Positions 7,671 through 17,557 of a DNA stretch of 64,000 nucleotides are shown piece after piece. A model generated the notes under the pieces. The model did not search any database. It saw nothing but the letters and a program-made list of their open reading frames with translations, and had not been told where the DNA came from. This stretch comes from Candidatus Cryptobacteroides intestinigallinarum (GTDB taxonomy: Bacteria > Bacteroidota > Bacteroidia > Bacteroidales > UBA932): contig JADIMK010000040.1 of NCBI GenBank assembly GCA_017694785.1, forward strand, positions 8,689-72,688. The letters are read 5' to 3'. Every line of letters starts with the position of its first letter. The first letter of the stretch is position 1. Position numbers and translations under genes: made by a program.

Positions 7671-10256
7671 ATGACACTTACAGAAAAGATGGCTGCAATA
7701 TTTGCCGCAGCAGGATTCCTGTGTACTGGAATATGTCCGGCAGCAGCCCAGGGGCAGGAGGAAGAATTCGACCTCACACAGCAGAGATATGAACCTCAAT
7801 ACATCAATCCTGTTCCGGGAAAAGCCATTGACCACAAAGGGATCATACTCAACCCGACTCCTCACATCATGAAGACGACCGGTGACGGATCCGTTGACAT
7901 ATCGTCCGGAATACGCATCAAGGACAGGCAGGGATGCTTCTCTTCAGACCTCAAAGACCTTGTCCGCTCCGGTAAAGGACCAGTACTGAGCATAGACTTC
8001 GGAGAAAAGCAGGCCGCCAAGGCCGGTGTAAAAGCAATCAGCGGAGCATATAGCCTTACTATTGACGGGAAAGGGATAAAAGTGACAGGCTACGATGAAG
8101 ACGGTGCCTTCTACGGGATACAGACCCTCAAGCAGCTCATAAACAACGGGAAACTTCCTTATATCCATATCAATGACTGGCCCGATCTACCTTTCAGAGG
8201 AGTTGTCGAAGGTTTCTACGGCACTCCATGGTCTCATGAGATAAGACTGTCTCTGATAGATTTCTACGGGAAGTTCAAGATGAACACGTATGTCTACGGG
8301 CCGAAGGATGACCCTTACCACAGCAGTCCTGACTGGAGGAAGCCTTATCCGGCTGAAGAGGCAGAAAAGATAAAGGAACTTGTGGAGGCATGCAAGGCAA
8401 ACCACGTGGATTTCGTCTGGGCCATCCATCCGGGCCAGGACATCAGATGGGACGAAGAGGACTACGGCAAACTCGTGGGAAAATTCCAGATGATGTATGA
8501 CCTGGGAGTACGTGCATTCGCAATATTCTTCGATGACATCTCCGGGGAAGGAACAAATCCTGTCAAGCAGGTAGAACTTCTCAACAGACTGAACAAGGAA
8601 TTCATCCACGAGAAAGGAGATGTAGCTCCGCTTATAATGTGTCCGACCGACTATTCGAAGCTCTGGGCCAATCCTTCGCCGGAAGGTCCGCTGAGCATAT
8701 ACGGCAAGACACTCGATCCATCTGTCCTCATATTCTGGACAGGAGACTCGGTGTGCAGCGATTTCACAGCCGAGACCTTGGAATGGGTGGATTCCAGGAC
8801 AAAGAGACCTGCCCTGTTCTGGTGGAACTTCCCGGTGACAGACTATGTACGCCACATCATCATGGAAGGACCTGCCTACGGACTTGACTCCACGATCACA
8901 AGCGATATGGCAGCAGGTATCCTCAGCAATCCTATGGAACACGGTGAAGCATCAAAGGTAGCGCTCTACGGTCTGGCGGACTATTCTTGGAACGTATCAG
9001 GCTACAACCCGATGGACAGCTGGGAGCGTGCCATCGCCTTCCTCGTGCCTGAAGCAAGGGACGCATTCAGGACGTTCGCCATCCATTCCTGCGACACTGA
9101 GACCGGATATCGCAGGGATGAATCCTGGGAGACAGAGACATTCAGCATATACGATTATACCCAGGATGAATTTGAAGCCCTCAGGGATGAATTCCAGAAG
9201 GTAACTGAAGCTCCGGATATGCTCCTTTCCACCTGCAGGGACAGTCTGCTTATGAAAGAGATCGGGCCATGGCTTGTAGAATTCAGGAAACTCGGTGAAA
9301 GAGGCAGCAGGACCCTTGACCTGATCGCGATGAAAGATACGGCTCCTGCCGCTGGATTCTGGTCAGCCTATGTCCGCAATCTGATGACAACAGATGAGAG
9401 GGCCGCATATGAAGCACACAAGTCCGGCACATACAAGCTCCAGCCTTTCTATGAAAATGCCATGGACGACATGGGCCGGGATTTCTACAGGGACAGGACA
9501 GGAGAAAGTCCTGCTGTAAGATTCGGAATAGGATCATTTGCAAACATAAATACGATCCTGAACAAGCTCATGTTTGACAACGATACCACGACATACTATA
9601 CATCAGGCTATGCCCAGAAGAACGGAGACTGGATCGGTGCAGATCTGGGAGGAGTGATTCCGGTCCGCGAGATCTCAATCCTCCAGGGAAGGAACTCTGT
9701 GGACGATGTAGACTATTTCGACCATGCAAGACTAGAATACTCTACTGACGGGAAGACCTGGACTCCGCTCATAGACGACATAGAAGGACAGTATGTGATC
9801 AAGTGGAAAGGAGAGCCGTTCCTCGCACGCTATGTCAGACTCTACAAGCTCGAATCCCCGAAGACCAACTGGGCTTCAGTAAGATCTTTCGATATCAATC
9901 CTGTAACTCCGGAGAGCCTCGGTATGGAAATCAAGGCCAACGATCTTTCAAGGGCAATGGCTGCATTCGACCGCAATACCTCCACATGCTGCCCATGCGG
10001 CGAAGGACTGACATTCTCCGTACCGGTAAAGGCTTCGGAATGTACCCTGCTCCTCAGGCAGACTGACGCAGGAAAGATAGAAGTCACACAGAAAGCCGCT
10101 GACGGATCTGTCATCTCATGCGAGGAGACCTCAGATGACTATTTCTCCTTCGGCATAAATGAAAACGCCGCCGAAGTGGAACTCACAGGCGACGCTGACA
10201 TTTTTGAAATCATATTCGGAATCCCGGCAGAAGAAGCCCCTACTGCCGGGGAATAG
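7671..10256 (+). CDS. GH84 beta-N-acetylglucosaminidase (O-GlcNAcase-like) with C-terminal F5/8-type (CBM32-like) domain
   Basis: RGVVEGFYGTPW, YGPKDDPYH, catalytic FFDD pair, WWNFPVTDY, NPMEHGEAS. Promoter TATCTTTG at 7624-7631 favours ATG 7671; signal peptide ends near AAAQ. Confidence 0.93.
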   Translation: MTLTEKMAAIFAAAGFLCTGICPAAAQGQEEEFDLTQQRYEPQYINPVPGKAIDHKGIILNPTPHIMKTTGDGSVDISSGIRIKDRQGCFSSDLKDLVRSGKGPVLSIDFGEKQAAKAGVKAISGAYSLTIDGKGIKVTGYDEDGAFYGIQTLKQLINNGKLPYIHINDWPDLPFRGVVEGFYGTPWSHEIRLSLIDFYGKFKMNTYVYGPKDDPYHSSPDWRKPYPAEEAEKIKELVEACKANHVDFVWAIHPGQDIRWDEEDYGKLVGKFQMMYDLGVRAFAIFFDDISGEGTNPVKQVELLNRLNKEFIHEKGDVAPLIMCPTDYSKLWANPSPEGPLSIYGKTLDPSVLIFWTGDSVCSDFTAETLEWVDSRTKRPALFWWNFPVTDYVRHIIMEGPAYGLDSTITSDMAAGILSNPMEHGEASKVALYGLADYSWNVSGYNPMDSWERAIAFLVPEARDAFRTFAIHSCDTETGYRRDESWETETFSIYDYTQDEFEALRDEFQKVTEAPDMLLSTCRDSLLMKEIGPWLVEFRKLGERGSRTLDLIAMKDTAPAAGFWSAYVRNLMTTDERAAYEAHKSGTYKLQPFYENAMDDMGRDFYRDRTGESPAVRFGIGSFANINTILNKLMFDNDTTTYYTSGYAQKNGDWIGADLGGVIPVREISILQGRNSVDDVDYFDHARLEYSTDGKTWTPLIDDIEGQYVIKWKGEPFLARYVRLYKLESPKTNWASVRSFDINPVTPESLGMEIKANDLSRAMAAFDRNTSTCCPCGEGLTFSVPVKASECTLLLRQTDAGKIEVTQKAADGSVISCEETSDDYFSFGINENAAEVELTGDADIFEIIFGIPAEEAPTAGE

Positions 10257-10263
10257 AAGCTGA

Positions 10264-11466
10264 CTAACAGCCTTTTATACGTCTGTAGACACCCAGAGCC
10301 TCGGCCAGGATCTCCACGGAACGCTTCAGGTCTTCCTCTTTGAGGACATAGGCCATGCGGACCTGGTTCCGGCCGAGGCCCGGTGTAATATAGAAGCCTG
10401 AAGCCGGGGACATCATCACTGTCTCACCGTCAAGGCTGAAGTCCCTGAGACACCAAAGGCAGAAGTCTTCCGCATCCTCGACCGGAAGTTCAGCAACAAG
10501 ATAGAACGCACCTGAAGGCTTCGGTACGGATACCCCAGGAATACTGCGGAGCCCTTCCACCAGGACATCCCTGCGGCGTGAATATTCTGCAATGACATCC
10601 CTTATATAGTCTTTGCCTGCATCAAAGGACGCCTCGGCCACAATCTGTCCGAGAAGAGGCGGGCTCAGCCTTGCCTGGCAGAGTTTCATCATGCCGGAGA
10701 GCACATCATTGTTCTTTGTCGCTATGCATCCGACCCTTATGCCACATTCGGAAAACCTCTTGGAAAACGAATCCACTATGACCACATTGTCCCTTATGTC
10801 TTCAAGATGGGCTGCAGACATGAAAGACGCCCCGTCATAGACGAACTCCCTGTAGACCTCATCTGAGAAAAGGAAGAGCCCGTGCCTCCGGACGACATCC
10901 GCAAGACCGGAAAGTTCTTCCGGAGTGTAGAGTGTACCGGAAGGATTGTTCGGATTGCATATAAGTATCGCCTTTGTCCGTGGGGTAATGGCTTTCTCAA
11001 AATCTTCCGGTGAAGGGAGCGCGAATCCATCTTGTATATCTGTCTTCAGTGGCACTACCCCTACCCCTGCAGATGCTGCAAAAGCCAGGTAATTCGCATA
11101 TGTAGGCTCGGTCATCAGCACCTCGTCTCCTTGGTCAAGACATACCATGAAAAGGAAGAGAATGGCTTCCGATGCTCCGGTAGTAACTATTATCTCCGAT
11201 GGGGAAAAATCTATTCCATAGCCGGAATAATATGAAGAAAGCCGTTCCCTCAATGTAAGGAAACCGTCTGACGGACTGTATTCAAGCACTTTGCGGCTGA
11301 TATGCCTCAGGCTTTGAAGTCCACACTCCGGAGTGTGGATATCCGGCTGGCCTATATTCAGATGATACACTTTCCTGCCATCTGCCTTGGCCTTCTCAGC
11401 AAAAGGTGCAAGCTTCCTGATCGGTGAATATGCTATTTCACCGATTCTTTCAGATACTTTGATCAT
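10264..11466 (-). CDS. Class I/II PLP-dependent aminotransferase (aspartate aminotransferase-like)
   Basis: LNIGQPD, NPNNPSG, SDEVY, SFSKRFSECGIRVG (PLP Lys), GAFY. Confidence 0.92.
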   Translation of the reverse strand: MIKVSERIGEIAYSPIRKLAPFAEKAKADGRKVYHLNIGQPDIHTPECGLQSLRHISRKVLEYSPSDGFLTLRERLSSYYSGYGIDFSPSEIIVTTGASEAILFLFMVCLDQGDEVLMTEPTYANYLAFAASAGVGVVPLKTDIQDGFALPSPEDFEKAITPRTKAILICNPNNPSGTLYTPEELSGLADVVRRHGLFLFSDEVYREFVYDGASFMSAAHLEDIRDNVVIVDSFSKRFSECGIRVGCIATKNNDVLSGMMKLCQARLSPPLLGQIVAEASFDAGKDYIRDVIAEYSRRRDVLVEGLRSIPGVSVPKPSGAFYLVAELPVEDAEDFCLWCLRDFSLDGETVMMSPASGFYITPGLGRNQVRMAYVLKEEDLKRSVEILAEALGVYRRIKGC

Positions 11467-11489
11467 AACGCTGTCAGAAACTGATACTG

Positions 11490-12203
11490 TCAGAAACGGA
11501 TGCCTATACCGGCATACACCTGGTTGCGGTGCAGTTCCGCTCCATCGCCTTTATACCTGTTGAGCAGGCCCCAGTCATATCCTACTTTCACTTCCAGGAA
11601 TTTGAATGCCTCTATACCTATACCTCCGCCCACAAGTACATCAAATCGGTTGTAACGGATGTCCGGAATGATGTCTTTATACGGATTCTCAGTGTCCTGC
11701 GGTATATCAAGATCCTTGGAATTGACTTTCCCCGTATAATAATTGTATGAAATATCACCCATTATGTTGGCACCCAGTACCGTTCCAGATATAGTATATT
11801 TCTGCTTTGATACAAGACCGAGGCTCAGAGTAGGCCCGGCAAAGATAAAGAGCTTTACGCCAGGAAGGCCGAACTGGTAGCGGAACATTATGGGCACATT
11901 GAGATAATGGTCGGAAAGACTTCCTTTTAGTTTGAAATTCATAACATCTTCCCTTGAATTATCTGTAAGGAACGTATAATATATCCCCGGCACAATATGG
12001 AGCCCTGCGAACAGAGGGACATCCTGGCTGAGGCCGACATAGAACCCGTTGAGAGAGTAGTTGTTGTCACCTGAGATGCCCGACTTGAAACTGTAGCTTG
12101 AATTCACATAGCCGGCTTCGATGCCTGATTTGGCTTCAGCAGAAAAAGCAGTTGCAACTGCAAGGATCGAAACAGCCATGAATGCACATACAATCTTTTT
12201 CAT
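11490..12203 (-). CDS. Outer-membrane beta-barrel protein (porin/PorT-like)
   Basis: Signal peptide, alternating aromatic strands (YLNVPIMFRY, GPTLSLG, VGYDWGL), C-terminal GIRF BAM-type end. Confidence 0.8.
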   Translation of the reverse strand: MKKIVCAFMAVSILAVATAFSAEAKSGIEAGYVNSSYSFKSGISGDNNYSLNGFYVGLSQDVPLFAGLHIVPGIYYTFLTDNSREDVMNFKLKGSLSDHYLNVPIMFRYQFGLPGVKLFIFAGPTLSLGLVSKQKYTISGTVLGANIMGDISYNYYTGKVNSKDLDIPQDTENPYKDIIPDIRYNRFDVLVGGGIGIEAFKFLEVKVGYDWGLLNRYKGDGAELHRNQVYAGIGIRF

Positions 12204-12299
12204 ACCTGGAAATTTTTCTTTGTGTGATTAAATATATTTCTATACAGCGGTTGCCAAAATGCAAACGCAGTGATCAAATATAAGGAATATTTCCTTAAT

Positions 12300-13442
12300 T
12301 CAACGGTTGCGGTACATATCTTCGTAGTACCTCATGTAATCTCCGGAAGTGACATTGTCCATCCATTCCTGGTTGTCAAGATACCAGCGGACAGTCTTCT
12401 CTATGCCTTCTTCAAACTGTAGGGACGGAGACCAGCCCAGCTCCCGCTGCAGCTTGCGTGAATCTATGGCATACCTCAGGTCATGTCCCTTACGGTCTGT
12501 GACATAGGTTATCAGGCTGTCGCTGAAGCCTTCCGGATTGCCGAGCAGACGGTCAACCGTCTTTATCAGTACTTTCACTATATCGATGTTCTTCCACTCG
12601 TTGAATCCACCGATGTTGTAGGTCTCGGCAGTCTTTCCCTTGTGGAAGATCAGGTCTATTGCCCTGGCATGGTCCTCGACATAGAGCCAGTCACGCACAT
12701 TCTCTCCCTTGCCGTATACAGGCAGAGGCTTGCGGTGCCTGATGTTGTTGATAAACAGAGGGATGAGCTTCTCAGGGAACTGATATGGCCCGTAGTTGTT
12801 GGAACAGTTTGTCACCACCACAGGCATCCCGTATGTGTCATGGAAGGCACGCACGAAATGGTCAGAAGATGCCTTTGATGCCGAATACGGGCTATGGGGC
12901 TGGTATCTTGTCTCTTCGGTAAAGAAACTGCTCCCGTAGACCTCATGCTCTGAGATCTCTGACTTGCGTCCCTGAGGGCAGTCCAGTTGGAGAGCGCCAT
13001 AGACTTCATCTGTCGAGATATGATAGAATCTGCATTCCACCGGCTCGCCTTTACGATGTTCCATATGCCAGCCGAGAGGCTCCCAGACAGCCTTCGCAGC
13101 CTGAAGGAGACTGAGTGTACCGAGTACATTTGTCTTTGCGAATGTAAACGGATCCTTTATGCTCCTGTCCACATGGCTTTCTGCGGCAAGATGGATGATA
13201 CCGTCGGCAGCATAGCTCCGTATAAGCTCGAGCATCCGTTCAAAGTCACAGATATCAGCCTTTTCAAAGACATAGTTGGGCTTTTCCTCGATATCCTTGA
13301 GATTTGCAAGATTGCCGGCATAAGTCAGCTTGTCTACATTGATTATCCTGTAGTCCGGATACTTGTTCACGAAAAGCCGCACCACATGGCTTCCGATGAA
13401 ACCGGCACCGCCGGTTATGATTATATTCCTTCTGAATTCCAT
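12300..13442 (-). CDS. rfbB: dTDP-glucose 4,6-dehydratase
   Basis: TGGAGFIGS, DKLTYAGN, AESHVDRS, STDEVYG, YSASK, NNYGPYQFPEKLIP. Confidence 0.97.
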   Translation of the reverse strand: MEFRRNIIITGGAGFIGSHVVRLFVNKYPDYRIINVDKLTYAGNLANLKDIEEKPNYVFEKADICDFERMLELIRSYAADGIIHLAAESHVDRSIKDPFTFAKTNVLGTLSLLQAAKAVWEPLGWHMEHRKGEPVECRFYHISTDEVYGALQLDCPQGRKSEISEHEVYGSSFFTEETRYQPHSPYSASKASSDHFVRAFHDTYGMPVVVTNCSNNYGPYQFPEKLIPLFINNIRHRKPLPVYGKGENVRDWLYVEDHARAIDLIFHKGKTAETYNIGGFNEWKNIDIVKVLIKTVDRLLGNPEGFSDSLITYVTDRKGHDLRYAIDSRKLQRELGWSPSLQFEEGIEKTVRWYLDNQEWMDNVTSGDYMRYYEDMYRNR

Positions 13443-13571
13443 ATCTGGTCATATTTGTCCGGATCATTTCCGGAACTGTGATCCTGGTATTTTACTTTTG
13501 TACTGTCCTTTGTGATGTCCCCGGGAGCTTGTCCTGTCCCTGGAATTCCACGATATCTCCAGTGCTGTCCG

Positions 13572-14528
13572 TCACTCTCCCCGCAGTTCTTCCATTATAT
13601 CCTCCGGTATGGACGCTATGCAGCGGCGCAGGGAATCCGTCCAGTATGGGACAGCCATGCCGAATGTCTTCTTGAACTTCGTCTTGTCGAGCACGGAATA
13701 GCTTGGCCGGACAACCTTGCTCGGGAACTCGTCGCTGTGGCACGGACGGATGTCACATGAAGTCTGGCCGGTATATTCGGCTATCATCTTCGTGAAGTCA
13801 AACCATGAGCAGACACCCTCGTTGCTGTAGTGGTAGATGCCTTCATATCCGTCCATCTTACGTGATGATACGATGTGATATATGGCATCTGCCAAGTCAA
13901 GGGCATAGGTCGGTGTACCGGTCTGGTCAAAGACCACATTGAGGATCTTCTTCGCTGCCGTGAGACGGATCATCGTCTTGAGGAAATTCTTTCCGAATTC
14001 GCTGTACAGCCAGGCTGTCCTGAGGATGATATGACGGCATCCTGAGGCAGCGAGTATCTGTTCGCCGTGAAGCTTGGTCCGTCCGTACACTCCGGTCGGA
14101 TTGGCCGGTTCGTCTTCTGTACATGGGGTATTGTTCCTGTTTCCGCCGAAGACATAGTCTGTCGAAACGTGTATGAGGAAAGCACCTGAAGCTTTTGCCG
14201 CAGATGCCAGATTGTCCACCGCTCCGGCATTGAGCAGCTCAGCCAGAGCTTCGTCATCCTCCGCCTTGTCCACGTTTGTAAAGGCCGCACAGTTGATGAT
14301 GACATCAATCTTCTCTCCCCCGGTCTGTTCGCCCACAGGTCCACGGCCTGAGACCGCAAGTGCCACCGCATCCCTGTCTGTGATGTCAAGCCTCAGCACC
14401 TTTCCATCTGCAGAGGACGCCACATCAGTGAATATATACCTGTCCGTACTCTTTTCTGAAACAATCCGGAGCTCCGAACCGAGCTGTCCGCACGCTCCTG
14501 TCACAAGAACATTCATAATATTCCTCAT
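13572..14528 (-). CDS. rfbD: dTDP-4-dehydrorhamnose reductase
   Basis: GACGQLG, NCAAFTNVDKAE, STDYVF, YGRTK, DQTGTPT, RPSYSVL. Confidence 0.95.
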   Translation of the reverse strand: MRNIMNVLVTGACGQLGSELRIVSEKSTDRYIFTDVASSADGKVLRLDITDRDAVALAVSGRGPVGEQTGGEKIDVIINCAAFTNVDKAEDDEALAELLNAGAVDNLASAAKASGAFLIHVSTDYVFGGNRNNTPCTEDEPANPTGVYGRTKLHGEQILAASGCRHIILRTAWLYSEFGKNFLKTMIRLTAAKKILNVVFDQTGTPTYALDLADAIYHIVSSRKMDGYEGIYHYSNEGVCSWFDFTKMIAEYTGQTSCDIRPCHSDEFPSKVVRPSYSVLDKTKFKKTFGMAVPYWTDSLRRCIASIPEDIMEELRGE

Positions 14529-15103
14529 GCCTCCCTATAATAGTCCTCGCTATAATCAAAAAGCCAATCTGCATCCTTCAGACGGCTGTGGTGTCTGTCC
14601 TTCTCTGAAAGTATGACATCTGAAGAAGGTATCTTCCAGTCTATCCCGAGGTCAGGATCATCCCATGCCAGGGCACCTTCGCTTTGTGGCGCATAGAAGC
14701 TGTCGCACTTGTACTGGAACACAGCTTCTTCCGTCAGGACAGAAAATCCATGGGCAAAACCTCGCGGAATGAAGAGTTGCCGATGGTTTTCCCCGCTGAG
14801 TTCAACCGCCACATGGCGGCCGAAAGTCGGAGAGCCTCTCCTGATATCAACAGCTACATCAAGTACAGTCCCCTTTATTACGCGCACCAGCTTGCTCTGG
14901 GTGTAAGGCGGCTTCTGGAAATGGAGTCCCCGGAGGACCCCGTAGCTTGAACGGCTTTCATTGTCCTGGACAAAATGCACCGCCCTGACCTGAGCATTGA
15001 AATCCCTTTCGGAATATGACTCGAAGAAATAACCTCTGCCATCGGCAAAGATCCTCGGTTCTATTATGACAACCCCTTCGACAGGTGTCTCAACAACTTT
15101 CAT
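14525..15103 (-). CDS. rfbC: dTDP-4-dehydrorhamnose 3,5-epimerase
   Basis: DGRGYFFE, QDNES, LRGLHFQ, AHGF, ILSEKD. Confidence 0.97.
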   Translation of the reverse strand: MKVVETPVEGVVIIEPRIFADGRGYFFESYSERDFNAQVRAVHFVQDNESRSSYGVLRGLHFQKPPYTQSKLVRVIKGTVLDVAVDIRRGSPTFGRHVAVELSGENHRQLFIPRGFAHGFSVLTEEAVFQYKCDSFYAPQSEGALAWDDPDLGIDWKIPSSDVILSEKDRHHSRLKDADWLFDYSEDYYREA

Positions 15104-15115
15104 AGGCCTTATATA

Positions 15116-16003
15116 TTATCGTCTTTTATTTCCTTCTATAATCTTGAGCAGATACTGCCCGTACTGGTTTTTCATCATAGGGACAGCGAGGGAGCGCATC
15201 TTCTCATCATCGATCCACCCGTTCCTGTAGGCTATACCTTCGAGACACGCGATCTTGAGTCCTTGCCTCTTCTCTATGACCTCCACAAAGATAGATGCCT
15301 CAGCGAGAGAATCATGCGTACCTGTATCCAGCCAAGCGAAACCCCGCTCCATAGTCTTGACCTTCAGATTGCCGTCCTTAAGATAGATCTGGTTGACTGT
15401 AGTTATCTCAAGCTCGCCTCTTGCAGATGGCTTTATGTTCCTTGCTATCTCCTTTACTGAATTCGGATAGAAATACAGTCCGACCACAGCATAATTGGAT
15501 TTCGGCTCGAGAGGCTTTTCCTCGATTGAAAGGCAGTTGCCCTCCTCATCGAATTCAGCCACTCCATAACGCTGGGGATCATCTACCCAATAACCGAACA
15601 CAGTGGCCTTGCGTTCCTGTTCAACCGTCCGCACAGCATCCTTGAGTATATCCTCAAGGCCTGCGCCATGGAATATGTTGTCACCGAGGACAAGACATAC
15701 ATCGTCATCTCCGATGAAGTCTGCGCCTATGATGAACGCCTGCGCAAGTCCGTCAGGACTCGGCTGCTCAGCATAAGTAAAGCTGACGCCGAAATCGGAA
15801 CCGTCTCCGAGAAGACGTCTGAAGCCTGGAAGATCCGCAGGAGTCGAGATCACCAGGATATCCCTGATTCCTGCCATCATCAGGACAGAAATCGGATAAT
15901 ATACCATAGGCTTGTCATAGATAGGAAGAAGCTGCTTGCTTACTCCTTTTGTTATAGGATACAATCTGGTGCCGGATCCTCCGGCCAATACAATTCCTTT
16001 CAT
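15116..16003 (-). CDS. rfbA: Glucose-1-phosphate thymidylyltransferase
   Basis: [42 protein letters not shown]. Confidence 0.97.
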   Translation of the reverse strand: MKGIVLAGGSGTRLYPITKGVSKQLLPIYDKPMVYYPISVLMMAGIRDILVISTPADLPGFRRLLGDGSDFGVSFTYAEQPSPDGLAQAFIIGADFIGDDDVCLVLGDNIFHGAGLEDILKDAVRTVEQERKATVFGYWVDDPQRYGVAEFDEEGNCLSIEEKPLEPKSNYAVVGLYFYPNSVKEIARNIKPSARGELEITTVNQIYLKDGNLKVKTMERGFAWLDTGTHDSLAEASIFVEVIEKRQGLKIACLEGIAYRNGWIDDEKMRSLAVPMMKNQYGQYLLKIIEGNKRR

Positions 16004-16047
16004 ATCGTCAGTTGAATTTCTTCATCAATCAGTCTTTCCATGGTGAT

Positions 16048-17010
16048 TCATTTCCCAGATGAAATCCCGGCGGCCGACAGCTTGAGCATAAAATAGAGAA
16101 GCCGCAGTGGCATAAACCTGAGTGTCAGATGGTTTATCGGGCCGTCATGGAAAGTCACAGCCAGTTTCCTTGCAAATACAATATATTCTTTTGTCTGCCT
16201 GTATGTATGGCATACGGAATACCTTGACAACGCGACCTTGTACCAGTAGACGACAGAAGGCAGATGCAGCTTTCCTGGGGTATCGCCTACGATACTGTAG
16301 ATCATCTCGACGACCTTCATGAATGCATCTATGCCGAAGTCATATTTCCTGATGAAATCCTTCGGCAGCCAGTACCTGTAGCCGTGCTCAGGGATACATA
16401 TCACACTCCTTATGTGCCTGATGTATCCTAGCACAAAATATTCATCTTCAAATATCGAGAAAGATTCTTCAAAACGAAGTGAATTCTCTCTTATTACATT
16501 CATGGAGAAAAGCTTGTTCCAGACATACTGCAGAAGCTGTTCCCTCAGGAGAGTCTCCATGAGTTCATCATCATCTGTAAAGATCTCCGTATGGCCAAGG
16601 CTGCGTATGGACCAGGAATCAGTCTCCGGTCTATACATGTCGTAGCCGCAGACGACAAGTCCTGCCTTGCCTGAAACTGCCATCATGGAAGAAAGCCAAT
16701 ACTCCCTGACCATGTCATCGCTGTCACAGAAGGCAACATAATCACCATGGGCATTGGAAAGCCCCAGATTCCTTGCCGCCGACACACCGCTGTTCGCTTG
16801 GGTAAAGACCTTTATACGGGAATCGTTTCCGGCATACTCACGGCATATCGCAAGAGAGCTGTCGGTGCTCCCGTCGTCCACAAGAATCAGTTCAAAGTCA
16901 CGGAATGACTGTGACACAAGACTTTCCAGACATCGACTCAGCGTTGATGCCGAATTATATATCGGTACTATGACCGATACTGCCGGTTTTTCTGTCTTAG
17001 TGTCTTCCAT
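16048..17010 (-). CDS. GT2-family glycosyltransferase
   Basis: VSVIVPIYN, ILVDDGSTD, GVSAARNLG, FCDSDD. Confidence 0.9.
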   Translation of the reverse strand: MEDTKTEKPAVSVIVPIYNSASTLSRCLESLVSQSFRDFELILVDDGSTDSSLAICREYAGNDSRIKVFTQANSGVSAARNLGLSNAHGDYVAFCDSDDMVREYWLSSMMAVSGKAGLVVCGYDMYRPETDSWSIRSLGHTEIFTDDDELMETLLREQLLQYVWNKLFSMNVIRENSLRFEESFSIFEDEYFVLGYIRHIRSVICIPEHGYRYWLPKDFIRKYDFGIDAFMKVVEMIYSIVGDTPGKLHLPSVVYWYKVALSRYSVCHTYRQTKEYIVFARKLAVTFHDGPINHLTLRFMPLRLLYFMLKLSAAGISSGK

Positions 17011-17026
17011 ATCGACTATATATACA

Positions 17027-17060
17027 GCCTTTTAGGCTATGACTATGCCTTTTACGGCTA
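17027..17060. repeat. Two imperfect 14-bp direct repeats with 20-bp period (GCCTTTTAGGCTAT / GCCTTTACGGCTAT)
   Basis: Read directly at 17027-17040 and 17047-17060 between rnhA and the GT2 gene. Confidence 0.6.
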
Positions 17061-17095
17061 TTCCTTTTCCCTGTCCTTAGACAATCTCCAACGGC

Positions 17096-17557
17096 TCATT
17101 CGGTCCCGTCATAACCGGGATCCGGAGAAAGACCCGGCTGCATCGCTGCCGCCACCGCAAGGGCATCGCATCTTTCATTCTCCGGATGTCCGGCATGCCC
17201 TTTGATCCAACGGAAAGTCACCCTGTGCCGTCTGTACAGCGGAAGGAACCTCTGCCACAGATCCGGATTCTTGACTTTAGCGAAGGATTTCTTCTCCCAT
17301 CCGAAAAGCCATCCCTTGTTGACAGCATTCACCACATAGGATGAATCGCTGCATATGTTTATCTCCGCATTCTCCCATCTTACGGCCTCCAGTCCTCTGA
17401 TGACAGCAAGGAGCTCCATCCTGTTGTTTGTCGTACAGGAGAACCCTCCGGAAAGCTCCAGTTCCCTATCCCCGCACCTGAGTATCACACCATATCCGCC
17501 CGGGCCGGGATTGCCTCTTGACGAACCGTCCGTGTAGATGAAAATCGGTGGTCTCAC
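17096..17557 (-). CDS. rnhA: Ribonuclease HI
   Basis: YTDGSSRGNPGPGG, TTNNRMEL, DSSYV, KNPDLW, WIKGHAGHPENERCD. Confidence 0.97.
   Translation of the reverse strand: MRPPIFIYTDGSSRGNPGPGGYGVILRCGDRELELSGGFSCTTNNRMELLAVIRGLEAVRWENAEINICSDSSYVVNAVNKGWLFGWEKKSFAKVKNPDLWQRFLPLYRRHRVTFRWIKGHAGHPENERCDALAVAAAMQPGLSPDPGYDGTE

Noticed and set aside
13443-13571. 130-bp gap between rfbD and rfbB, with GTGGAATTC resembling the rfbB start, as a gene remnant
   Set aside because: Similarity is only about 10 nt and the open frame gives no recognisable protein; noted only for its TCCGGA hairpin.
12300-17010. rfbACDB plus GT2 as a full capsule/O-antigen locus
   Set aside because: Only one glycosyltransferase; no flippase, polymerase, chain-length regulator or UpxY/UpxZ, and no invertible promoter repeats seen.
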